Assembly: GCF_006345805.1 (NCBI RefSeq)
Contig: NC_043001.1
Span: 117,614,001 to 117,678,000 of the forward strand
DNA from: Octopus sinensis
Taxonomy: Eukaryota
Length of the DNA: 64,000 nucleotides
Reading direction: 5' to 3'
The notes beneath the pieces are model-generated. The model made no database searches. It had not been told where the DNA came from and worked only from the letters and a program-made list of their open reading frames with translations. The position numbers and the translations under genes were made by a program. Shown here piece by piece: positions 1 through 10,735 of this stretch. How positions within the stretch are numbered: position 1 is the stretch's first letter; the number at the start of each line of letters is the position of its first letter.

Positions 1-889
1 ACTGTTTACTGAAGTCAGTTTTGACCATTATGAAGTTGTTTTCCAGGTTTTGAAAATCTTCTTCGCTTACTTTTTGGATAGTGATAAAATACAAGGCGGT
101 CTTAGCTAGATCGCTTTTGATCACAGAACTGCACGATCAACAGTGACTTGGGACTACAAAACAGTGACGTAATTGACTCACTAAAGTCTATGAGTCACTA
201 ACGATAATTCTATACAAATAACTTAAACACGCTAAGAAAAACAATACCCAAAGCTGTCTCAAATAATACTGAATATCTTTTTAAAGGATTAATGGCATAT
301 GTCCTGCTGGTCATTCTAATGTTGCACCCTATGTAAAAGGCTATTTCACAGGATATTTGTTTTATGCTTTTGTAGTTAATTTATTGAGTTGGACGATTCC
401 TAGAATCAGTGATGAATCTCTTCGAACGTAGCATTAGTTTGTTAGAGGGGCATTTTGATATCATTGTTCACGAATATACAGAAAGGGATGATGATGCGAC
501 AGATTGTGACAGGAAAAATCGTAATAGTTTTCGCGTAAATATAAATTTCTAAACTTGACATTGGGTGATACATCGTAGACGAGAAAATCAATTATATCAA
601 TTCCAATACTTGATTAGGGTTGATTTATAGATAAATGAATGGCAAATTTGATTTGCGGGAAATTTAAACTGGAAGCGTGAAGGGTAAAAACTATACGCCG
701 CATGACATTTTTCCGAATCTCTAGAGAGATTCTGCTAATCCCACATAATCAAATTCAGATGAGAGACAGTTTGTAGTAATGTACATATCCGTTTCTTTCT
801 ATATATAGACAAAATTTTAGATGTGTCAGCCTTAATATGTAGTTTTTATACAGAAGGCTTTGAGATTAAGGTGAAGCATATCTAAATAT

Positions 890-1054
890 GGTCACAAGCA
901 TAGCTGTGTAGTTAAAAAATTCGACTGGCAACTACGTAGTTTGGTGTTCAATTCCACCATACAGCACTTTACGAAAGCGATTTCTGCTATAACTTCGGAT
1001 CGACCTCAACCTTTTGAGTAAAATTTACTAAATGGAAACTGTGTGGAAGCTTGT
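890..1054 (+). mobile_element. Degenerate tRNA-derived SINE head (family A)
   Basis: Diverged match to the head of the SINE at 6822-7281 (GCTGTGTAGTTAAAAA...GTTCAATTCCAC...CTATAACTTCGGATCGAC). Confidence 0.45.
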
Positions 1055-1367
1055 CAACAGAATTCTTGAGTGATAGATTTAATTTGTCTCCTAGGACTTG
1101 GATGATAGATTTAATTCGTCACCTATTTTAACTCCAACAACTGGCCTATGGGGTGCTTTTAGTGAAGTACACTTTATTACAAGCGTTCCAGCAAGATTTC
1201 TGGTGTGGGGATGAGTTCCTCCCTTGCTCTCAAAATCATGCACATCTGACTAAGCCATTAAAAGAACTCGAATGTAGTTGCAACATTAGTTGTCTCTGAA
1301 AGTAGCATCTAAAGAAAATAATTTGGGAGAGCGTATTCAAACTATAATATCTCTTTCATTAATATCA

Positions 1368-1560
1368 GTGTCCACGCGCCAGGCGAAATGTCTCGCGATA
1401 TTTCGCGGTACGTTCTGAGTTCAAATTCCGCCGAGGTCGCCTTTGCCTTTCATCCTTTCGGGGTCGAGCAATTAAGTACCAGTGAAACACTGGGGTCGAT
1501 GTAATCGACTTGTCCACTCCCCCTGAAGTTCAGGCCTTTTGCCTTTAGTAGAGAGGATTA
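1368..1560 (+). mobile_element. SINE family D copy
   Basis: B-box-like GAGTTCAAATTCCGCC followed by CTTTGCCTTTCATCCTTTCGGGGTCGA..TTAAGTACCAGT, a block that recurs at 11.6, 13.0, 19.3-19.5, 20.2, 26.2, 52.1 and 58.4 kb. Confidence 0.85.
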
Positions 1561-1593
1561 GTATCAGTGTTCACGATTATAAGAACAATTACC

Positions 1594-1782
1594 ACATACA
1601 TACATACATACATTCATACATACATACATACATACATACATACATACATACATACAATACATACATACATACATACATGCATACATACATACATACATAC
1701 ATACATACATACATACTTGCATACATACATACATACATACATACATACATACATACATACATACATACATACATACATACAT
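1594..1782 (+). repeat. (TACA)n microsatellite
   Basis: Direct read; source of the YIHT/MYVC pseudo-ORFs. Confidence 0.98.
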
Positions 1783-2891
1783 TCGATTGGGGTACCCAAA
1801 AGAAACCGGAAGTTTGCTACTTAGCTTCATATGTTCACACATTTACCGCCTCCAAAGTATTCTCCATTTGAAGGAATGCATCGGTCCAGACGCGTTTTCC
1901 ACTGTCCGAAGCAGTCCTGGAACTCTTGCGAAATGATACCTTTCAATGATTCCGCCGTATTTTTCCTCACCTCTTCCACATGTGCAAAACGTTTTCTTTT
2001 AAAGACTTTTTTTCATTCGGAACAACAAAAAAGTCGCTGGGAGCAAGATTGGGTGAATAGGGAGGGTGGGGGTGGGTAAACGGGGTCATGCCATTTTTGG
2101 TCAAAAACTGTCTCACACTCGTATTGTCATGATGAAACCACCACTCTTCACTTTGCCACAGGTCGAGGAATTTTCGTCTGACCACGTGTAGCAAACGCTT
2201 CAGAACTGCCAAGTAAAATGTCCGGTTAACAGTTTGATCAGGAGGAACACAATCTGTGCGGAAAATTCCTTTCGCAACGATGAAACAAATTAGTATTGTC
2301 TTAACATTGGACTTCACTTGACGCGCTTGTTCCGTTTTTTTTTTGGTGGGGAGCGTGGTGACATTGAATACTTCCGTTGATTTGATTGCTGCTTCGTTTC
2401 CAGGTCGTAGCCGCAGCACCAGCTTTTATCACCAGTGATAATGACCTTCGAAAAAACGTCCGGATCAACTTCCAACTGTTCTTTCAGTTCACGACACGCA
2501 TTCAGCCGTGACTGCTTTTGATCTTCCATAAGCAAGCGAGGCACGAATTTTTGCTGCATCTCTTTTCGTTCGCAATTCGTCGCTCAAAATCCGTTGGGAT
2601 GAGTTCCAGGTCACACCAGATATATCAATAAGTTTGCCAATTATTCGGCGACAATCCTCCAAGATCAGTTCCCGATTTTTCGCGATATTTTCATTCATTC
2701 GGGAGGTCAACGGTCGCTCTGAACGAGGCTGGTCTTCAAGCAACAAGTGACCATTCCTAAAGCGTGAAAACCCTTTGTAAACATGTTTTGCTCATGACAG
2801 CGTCCATGTAAGCTATTTGAAGCATGACAACTGTTTCGGTCGCCGTTTTCCCCAGTAGAAAACAGAATTTCACGGAGGCACGCTGTTCCGC
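1783..2891 (-). pseudogene. Mariner (DD34D-type) transposase relic, frameshifted
   Basis: Successive minus-strand ORF pieces: EQRASVKFCFLLGKTATET (N-terminal HTH), EDQPRSERP, KFVPRLL, ITGDKSW, HHDN, PYSPNLAPSDFF. TIR-like GGGGTACCCAAAAGAAACCGGAA near 1790. The 5' end is cut by (TA)n at 2892. Confidence 0.92.
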
Positions 2892-3113
2892 ATATATATA
2901 TATATATATATAACAATGATAAATATCAAAGTGAGTTATATACAGTAGCGGTAACACATCGTGACGTATTTTTGCCATTTCAATATGGCTAACCCCTAAG
3001 GGTGGATGCTACTGTAGTTTTTAGCCCCAGGAGGACACACTCCTCCAGCTGGCCATAGACACACTATCTGTGTCCTGTCAGTATTTGCAAAGGGAAGTCA
3101 TCCTTCCCGTCTT

Positions 3114-3183
3114 CAACTTATGATACACACGGACTCGAGTTTCGAGGTATTGACCTCTCGTCAGCGTGTGACAATCATAGTTG
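3114..3183 (-). ncRNA. Type I hammerhead ribozyme (family 1, copy 1)
   Basis: Reverse complement of the HHR at 3851-3920; predicted cleavage GUC between 3132 and 3131. Confidence 0.92.
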
Positions 3184-3465
3184 TCGCCGAGAATTAGATT
3201 TCCTTCACAAATACTTATACATTTTCCAGCGCCCACTGTCGCTGATATTGAAAAAGTGAAATCAAACAATGATAAATATCAAAGTGAGTTATATACAGTA
3301 GCGGTAACACATCGTGACGTATTTTTGCCATTTCAATATGGCTAACCCCTAAGGGTGGATGCTACTGTAGTTTTTAGCCCCAGGAGGACACACTCCTCCA
3401 GCTGCCATAGACACACTATCTGTGTCCTGTCAGTATTTGCAAAGGGAAGTCATCCTTCCCGTCTT

Positions 3466-3535
3466 CAACTTATGATACACACGGACTCGAGTTTCGAGGT
3501 ATTGACCTCTCGTCAGCGTGTGACAATCATAGTTG
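3466..3535 (-). ncRNA. Type I hammerhead ribozyme (family 1, copy 2)
   Basis: Identical motif; predicted cleavage between 3484 and 3483. The core lies in the 78-bp spacer of the palindrome. Confidence 0.92.
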
Positions 3536-3850
3536 TCGCCGAGAATTAGATTTCCTATCATAAGTTGAAGACGGGAAGGATGACTTCCCTTTGCAAATAC
3601 TGACAGGACACAGATAGTGTGTCTATGGCCAGCTGGAGGAGTGTGTCCTCCTGGGGCTAAAAACTACAGTAGCATCCACCCTTAGGGGTTAGCCATATTG
3701 AAATGGCAAAAATACGTCACGATGTGTTACCGCTACTGTATATAACTCACTTTGATATTTATCATTGTTTGATTTCACTTTTTCAATATCAGCGACAGTG
3801 GGCGCTGGAAAATGTATAAGTATTTGTGAAGGAAATCTAATTCTCGGCGA

Positions 3851-3920
3851 CAACTATGATTGTCACACGCTGACGAGAGGTCAATACCTCGAAACTCGAG
3901 TCCGTGTGTATCATAAGTTG
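3851..3920 (+). ncRNA. Type I hammerhead ribozyme (family 1, copy 3)
   Basis: Stem I CACACG(3864-69)/CGUGUG(3903-08), with distal CAACUAUGAU/AUCAUAAGUUG across a UGU/U internal loop. Core CUGACGA (3870-76). Stem II GAGG-UCAAUA-CCUC. GAAA. Stem III AC-UCGA-GU with palindromic loop. GUC cleavage after 3902. Confidence 0.95.
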
Positions 3921-4203
3921 AAGACGGGAAGGATGACTTCCCTTTGCAAATACTGACAGGACACAGATAGTGTGCCTATGGCCAGCTGGAAGAGTGTGTC
4001 CTCCTGGGGCTAAAAACTACAGTAGCATCCACCCTTAGGGGTTAGCCATATTGAAATGGCAAAAATACGTCACGATGTGTTACCGCTACTGTATATAACT
4101 CACTTTGATATTTATCATTGTTTGATTTCACTTTTTCAATATCAGCGACAGTGGGCGCTGGAAAATGTATAAGTATTTGTGAAGGAAATCTAATTCTCGG
4201 CGA

Positions 4204-4273
4204 CAACTATGATTGTCACACGCTGACGAGAGGTCAATACCTCGAAACTCGAGTCCGTGTGTATCATAAGTTG
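4204..4273 (+). ncRNA. Type I hammerhead ribozyme (family 1, copy 4)
   Basis: Identical to 3851-3920 shifted by 353 bp; cleavage after 4255. Confidence 0.95.
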
Positions 4274-4426
4274 AAGACGGGAAGGATGACTTCCCTTTGC
4301 AAAAACTGACAGGACACAGATAGTGTGTCTATGGCCAGCTGGAGGAGTGTGTCCTCCTGGGGCTAAAAACTACAGTAGCATCCACCCTTAGGGGTTAGCC
4401 ATATTGAAATGGCAAAAATACGTCAC

Positions 4427-4463
<37 letters not shown>

Positions 4464-4466
<3 letters not shown>

Positions 4467-4522
4467 CTCTTTATCTTTTATTAAACTTTTAATACTTTTG
4501 ATATATATTTAAAATAATATAA
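4464..4522 (+). repeat. AT-rich dispersed fragment shared with 28411-28469 (putative Penelope pLTR tail)
   Basis: TTACTC(T/A)TTATCTTTTATTAAACTTTTAATACTTTTGATATATATTTAAAATAATATAA is near-identical at both sites. Confidence 0.75.
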
Positions 4523-4900
4523 TTAATTAATTTTATGTATTGGCTTATGTTTTTCATTGTTTGATTTGCCTAATAGTGGTTTTATCTCTAATTTAATATA
4601 ATATATATATATAATATATATAATATATATATTTGTTGAAATGGAAAGATGAATTATCTTGTTACGGATCGGGCTCTTAAGGAGCGTCGTCGTTCGAATT
4701 GCTTTGCTGCGCCTCTGTTTTGTTTTGTTCTGACAACGTAATTCCTGGTTTTTCCTTAAGAGAAAGCTGCAATATGGTATCCTTATTTAATCAGAATTTG
4801 GAAAATTGTGGCCTTTGAACATGTGTAGAATGTAATAAAAGGAATTCTGTACAATCTTCGTTCAACTCCCTTTCTTCCATTCATTATTTATATATATATA

Positions 4901-4943
<43 letters not shown>

Positions 4944-5267
4944 TATATACATATATGTACATACCTACATATATGTGTATATATACATGCATATATGGGT
5001 ACAGGACATAAAAAAAACGTTGAACACAATGAGAAACGAAAGCATAAAAACAAAAACATAGAAAACAAATTTTTTTCGAACAACGAAAATAATAAACAGA
5101 GAAACGAGACCAGCAACATAAAGAATATTCCCCTTCTTCAGTCGTCCCTGTTTCAACTACTCCGCGTAAACGTCGCTCACATACTAACTAGGAACCTGTT
5201 TATTAACAGACTGCCATAGCGTTGATTGAAGAGTGCTAATTAAGACACCGTTCGTTCCAAATGGTAA

Positions 5268-5318
5268 AACGTCATTTCCTGAAACATGCTTGACGTCACA
5301 TGGTGTCACGTGATGACG
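5268..5318. promoter_or_regulatory. Cluster of CRE and E-box motifs (candidate cis-regulatory element)
   Basis: Perfect CRE TGACGTCA at 5291-5298, GTCACGTGAT E-box at 5305-5314, extra TGACG half-sites, locally CpG-rich. Motif match only. Confidence 0.3.
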
Positions 5319-5404
5319 GAGTGTCCTGGATCTAAAGAGATGAACTCAATATCTCGTATGACCACCGTTAACGTTGATTACCGCCAGGCATCTTCTGTTG
5401 ATAT

Positions 5405-5580
5405 CACCTTGGACAAGTGTCTTCTACTATAAGCTTGGGCCGACGAAACTCTTAAGAAACCGATAGAATAAGTACCAGGCTTTTAAAAAATAAGTACTGG
5501 AGTCGATTCACTAAAGTAAAAAAATTCAAAGTAGTGCTCCAGCATGGCCGCAATCAAATGACTGAAACAAGCAGAAGTTG
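5405..5580 (+). mobile_element. SINE family A, internally deleted
   Basis: CACCTTGGACAAGTGTCTTCTACTATA...GATAGAATAAGTACCAGGC...GTGCTCCAGCATGGCCGCA..AAATGACTGAAACAAG matches the full copy at 6822-7281. Confidence 0.8.
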
Positions 5581-6787
5581 AAGATACACACACACACACA
5601 TGTACACACACACATACACACACATATATATTTATTTAATCCATATTACTGTCCTAAATTAGTCAATTTCTCCGTCCACTTTCAACGAAATTTTGGTAAA
5701 GTAGAACGCATGTTGTATAAAACACAACAAAATTGTGTGTGTGTGTGTTTGTATTTGTGTGTGTGTGTGTGTGTGTGTTGTGTGTGTGTGTGTACCAGAT
5801 TCGCGCACTTGTCCCCTGTCTTTATATTTATGGGCGATAAGTATTCTTTGCAAACGAGAGAAGCTCTACTGGAATGTTTAGTTTTGCTCTCCTTTTCGAA
5901 AGTTAATTGCAAAACATTTTTTGTCTTTTTTGTTTATGTTCTTACTAATCAATTTCATTTAACTTCAACATTTATTCTCTCGATGACTGCAGATAACTGT
6001 TTCGGTGCTTCGTACCCTCACTGGTGCAAAGTGTTCCAGAGAACTGATTATATTATAACAGAATTGATAAGAGGCAAAAAATAATAATAATAATAATACG
6101 GAAAATAATGGATTGTTAAAAGCAGAAAAAATAGAAAAATATTATTAAAACATATAAGAATCTTTGAAAAGATTGGTAAATTTCTTGATACGTAGATAAA
6201 AATATATTTGAAAAGTTTTTGCACAAATTGATAAATCCGTAGGTAAATTTTCCCTTTAGTTTGACTTGTGAGTTTATCAATATTTACGAATATTTTTCAG
6301 GTATTTTCCTTTCTATTCACGAACCAAAATGTTTCTATTTATTTTATAATCTCTTTCCATTTCACCAATTTTATTTATATTTATCAATCTTTAAAAGTAA
6401 AGCAATTCCTCATATATTTTATCTCTTCTTTTATCTACTCTTATCAGTTCTTGTATATTGTAATCAATTCTCAGAAACGCCTTGCATGATACAGCTATCT
6501 CCGAGTATCTGAAATAGCTATCTCCAAGTAGTGGTGAGATAAATGTTCGTTGTAATTAATCAATTATAATTCATTGCAGTTAATTATTAAAATTGGAGAC
6601 GAACGATGAAATGTACTTTTGGAGTTATTTCACGAAGAAAAGATAAGAGACAGAACTTTCTAGCAAAGCTGCTCGCCACCACAAAAGGAACATATAGCTC
6701 AAGAAAATGAAGATTTACCAATAAAGTATTCACGAAGAACTCAATGTCTCCTCGTTACTAAAAGTACAGTAATCAAAATTATGACAC

Positions 6788-6821
<34 letters not shown>

Positions 6822-6823
<2 letters not shown>

Positions 6824-7040
6824 TTTTATTTGTTTCAGTCATTTAACTGCGGCCATGCTGGAGTACAGCCTTGAAGGGTTTTAGTCGAACAAGACGACCC
6901 TAGGACTTATTTTTTTAAAGCCTGGTACTTATTCTACCGGTCTCTTTTGCCGGACTGCTAAGTTACTGGAACGTAAACACATCAACACTGGTTGTCAAGC
7001 GGTGATGACGGAACATACACAGACACAAACACACACACAA

Positions 7041-7116
<76 letters not shown>

Positions 7117-7281
7117 GATGGACTTCTTGCAGTTTCCGACTACCAAATCCACTCACAGAGCTTTGGTCGGCGAGAGTCTATAGTAGAAGAAGGCACTTGC
7201 CCAAGGTGCCACGCAGTGAGATTGAACCCGGAGACATGTAGTTGGGAAGCAAGTTTCTTACCACACAGCCACGCTTGTGCC
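6822..7281 (-). mobile_element. Full-length tRNA-derived SINE (family A) with internal (TA)n
   Basis: Minus-strand head GGCACAAGCGTGGCTGTGTGGTAAGAAAC...GGGTTCAATCTCACTGCGTGGCACCTTGGGCAAG with A/B-box-like motifs, then body, central (TA)n/(CA)n and a 3' tail ending CTGAAACAAATAAAAGAA. Confidence 0.9.
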
Positions 7282-7350
7282 TATATATATCGTCAGTAGA
7301 TCATATATCCGAAAAAGAAACACACTCTAAAGTTAGGCAGTAATGTTTTT

Positions 7351-8092
7351 ACATATAGTTAAATATATGTACAGTCGTAGAGCGACCAATTGGTTCACAT
7401 GCATAAAGTTCTTAGCTCTATAGACGATTCATCAAACTTCAATTGCCACGGCCATATGACCTATATTCAATTTCGAGACAGGAAACCGTTACGATCAGTT
7501 AATTTGTAAACAAAAGAATATTGAATATTTTTAGATCGATCCAGTCTGCAAAATCTTATGGTCCTAATCGACGAACGAGAAATCCTATGCCTGTAGCCGG
7601 CAATGCTTAAAATGCGGACTGGGGCTATAGATTTCGTGTCTGGAATTCAAGAGAATCCTCAGGTCAAGCGAGTCTTTGAGGATCCTTGCCCGCTCTGCTG
7701 TGCAAAGCTTGCGTCGTCTGCTTCCGTTCATATAGGCCCCGGTTGCTCTATGAACCTTCTTTTAATTTCGCATGGTGTTCCTCATCCTTAAGGCGTCATA
7801 AGTGGTTAACCAGGGACGTGAGGGAATCCTAAAAGAGGACCTATGGTTGCCGCTTAAAGGCAGTTTCGGCCGAAGTGATGTATTTTGAGTGCTGGTTATG
7901 TTGTTTCTGCCGTTCACCCCGGGTCTGAAACTGTTTTTGCCCCTGTCTTTTGCAACAGTTCCTACCTCCAGGCTGAAGAGAGGTTATATACTCGCGGCCA
8001 TTGGAGCCAGACCAGTCGTGTATAGAGCGAAGCGCATTTTGGATGCGAAACTATTGGTCACTCTATGACCGTTCAAATATTTAACTTTATGT
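7351..8092 (-). mobile_element. Penelope-like element relic: GIY-YIG endonuclease C-terminal fragment between inverted pLTR-like repeats
   Basis: Minus-strand translation across frameshifts: KYITSAETAFKR, GNHRSSFR, HRATGAYMNGSRRRKLCTAERARIL...LLNSRHEIYSPSPHFK, resembling PLE GIY-YIG (YIG.T...FK.R..NH.SSF; C.LC..EK..I; LLN.R.E..S.C.H). Diverged inverted repeats at 7351-7425 and 8015-8092 each hold a degenerate HHR-like motif. Confidence 0.78.
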
Positions 8093-8170
8093 GTATGTAT
8101 GTATGTACGTAAGTATGTATGTGAACTCTAGATATAGATAGGTAGATAGATAGATATAGATAAATACATA

Positions 8171-8218
<48 letters not shown>

Positions 8219-8419
8219 GATGGATGGATGGCTGGATGGTAAAAAGACAGAGAAACTCATTGCACGAAAACTTAAATAGATGAGAGGACATGCAAGTAAA
8301 CCTGATGTTTTAAGCAAATTAGTTCAAATTGATTTTAATTTCTAGAGTTCACTTTATCATTAATACATACAAGTATACATACACATACATATATACCTAT
8401 ATTTTTGAATACATGTATG

Positions 8420-8600
8420 CATGTATGTATGTATGTATGTATGTATGTATGTATGTATGTATGTATGTATGTATGTATGTATGCATGTATGTATGTATGT
8501 ATGTATGTATGTATGTATGTATGTATGTATGTATGTATGCATGCATGTATGTATGTATGTGTGTATGTATGTATGTATGTATGTATGTATTCATGTATGC
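8420..8600 (+). repeat. (TATG)n microsatellite
   Basis: Direct read. Confidence 0.97.
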
Positions 8601-8666
8601 ATGAATGTATGTATGTACGTATGAATGTATATATGCATATTTAAAATATGAATTAGAACCAGCTTG

Positions 8667-8775
8667 TATAAAAGTGTACAATCCTCTAAATGATTGAAAC
8701 CAGTGAACTTTCAACAAAGAAAAACAAAAAGTCAAGAATGTCAGAGACCATAAACACCGCAGGTTTCAGGTAAGA
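8667..8775 (+). promoter_or_regulatory. Candidate TATA promoter plus short first exon, module 1
   Basis: TATAAAA 8667-8673, ATG 8738, 32 nt open (MSETINTAGF-), strong donor AG|GTAAGA at 8769/8770. Paralogous to 11269-11368. Confidence 0.45.
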
Positions 8776-9480
8776 GTTTCTTCCTTTCATGCGCATTAAT
8801 GTATACATGAAATACACGCGTACGCGCGTACAAAACACTCACACACACATGCACATTCACAGTCACACATACACACACATATACACACACACATTCACAT
8901 CCACATACAACACACACATCCACGACTATCTATCTATCTGTGTATGTGTGTGTGTGTGTACAGAGACACATTATTTGAACTTTGACTCGCCTATCCTTGT
9001 TTTTCATACTGAGGCATCCAAAAACTCCGGCCCACCCCCCTTTTCAAAGTAGGTTTGGTGGGATTACCAGTTTAGTCACTGACAACCTGACCATGCCACA
9101 AGTTGTAACAGGTACCAATTACTAGCGGCGCTAAGCGACATGGCGTATACATACACTCGTTCGAGCACATGCATACATACACACGCATATATACTATATG
9201 TTCAAATATGGCTATATATATATATATATATATATATACTGTATATATATATATATGCAGCACGGACTTTGTCAGTGAACAGGTCGCGGATTTTAGCGAC
9301 GAAAATATTTTGACAAATTAAACTTAAATGTTGAAGTGAATCGAACGGCTTTTGTGTGTTTCTTAAATGGCTTACAAACACCTTCCACGCTGCAATTGTT
9401 TTCGTTTCAGCACACGATCTCAGATAAAATTACTTGCTATGCGAGTACATCTCCGTAATATATATATATATATATATAAT

Positions 9481-9541
<61 letters not shown>

Positions 9542-10469
9542 GCTTACATATATACATATACATGAATATACAAATATATACACATGCATGCATGCATGTG
9601 TACATGCACACATACATACATACATACATACATACATACATACAGACAGACAGACAGACAGACAGACATACAGACATACCGTTAATCATCATTTTCCATT
9701 TTATGGTAAAACATTCCTCTGTAAATATTTCCGTAATACATATTCAAAGACACGGGTTTTTGCGTGTGCATACATGCGTGCATGGCATGGCAGATGATGT
9801 CGTCGGTTGGTGCTATTAATGTTGAAGCTATGCTTGGAGTGATACTGCTCCATAAATTATTTAATTCCAGAAAATGTCTTACTAATTGAATGTTTAAAAT
9901 AATCATGTTAATGTTTTTCACCTTTATCATCATCATGATCGTTATTACAATTACCATCACCACCACCACCACCACCACCACCACCATCAACAATAATGTC
10001 CTCATCATCGTGGTGGTCATGGTCGTTGTTCTCGTCATCATATCATCCGTGCTATTTTATAATGTCATTTTTGTGTTGGCCACTTTTTTTTATAAACATA
10101 ATTATTTAATACAGTTATTCACTTTAGCTTCTTACATAGAACCAAGACCACGATTAGTCGTGGGAGGATCTTATATAATTTAATAGATCCCAGTATATAC
10201 CTGGTACTTAATTTAACTCATAAAAATCAAGGGGAAATATCTATTGTTATCTAAATTTGGAACATCGACTCCGCAGCCATTGCATTATCGTTATCCATAA
10301 CTTTTACATATTTGCTTCTTAACTACTATTATTATGTTAGTTGTTGATGCTGTTGTTGTTGCCGTTGCTGCTGTTGCTGCTGTTGCTGTTGAGCGGTCCG
10401 GTCCGAGTGGTCCGAAACGTGGTCCTTTGCTATTCGTAAGACCCGCAGAAGAGAAAGCAGGTCAACCCC

Positions 10470-10735
10470 CGACACCGAGAGCATCGACGGATGGATGAAT
10501 GCGCATCCAGGCTCAGCGGTTGCGTAGGAAGTCGGGGACAAGAAACAAGAAGAAAGAGTGAGAGAAAGTTAGGCCGAAAGAGTACAACAGAGGTCGCCAC
10601 CACCTTCTGCCGGAGCCTCGTGGAGCTTTAGGTGTGTTCGCTCTATAAACACACACAATGCCCGGTCTGGGAATCGAAACAGCGTTCTTACGACCGCGAG
10701 TCCGCTGCCCTAACCACTGGGTCATTGCGCCTCCA
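10470..10735 (-). mobile_element. tRNA-derived SINE (family B)
   Basis: Minus-strand head GGAGGCGCAATGACCCAGTGGTTAGGGCAGCGGACTCGCGGTCGTAAGAACGCTGTTTCGATTCCCAGACC with A and B boxes, followed by a non-tRNA body. Confidence 0.75.

Larger units (their letters stand above)
2912..4426. mobile_element. 353-bp hammerhead-containing tandem repeat (candidate non-LTR retrozyme, family 1): about 1.8 units on minus (2912-3555) head-to-head with about 2.5 units on plus (3556-4426)
   Basis: Period 353 read directly (AACAATGATAAATATC at 2912 and 3265; TATCATAAG at 3556, 3909 and 4262). Copies differ at about 4 positions. One complete type I HHR per full unit. (TA)n on both flanks. Confidence 0.9.

Noticed and set aside
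3078-4309. Three identical 63-aa ORFs (MFDFTFSISA...) as a tandem gene cluster
   Set aside because: They arise from the repeat unit, start at a non-ATG codon and overlap the ribozyme; sequence differences from family 2 preserve RNA pairing, and I saw no conserved peptide there.
2912-4426. CRISPR-like or simple centromeric satellite interpretation
   Set aside because: No short repeat with unique spacers, eukaryotic context, only about 4 units, and the embedded HHR explains the unit better.
5105-5150. Minus-strand CTGAAGA-AGGGG-AATATT-CTTT
   Set aside because: Not followed by GAAA or a cleavage triplet; at most a decayed pLTR remnant.
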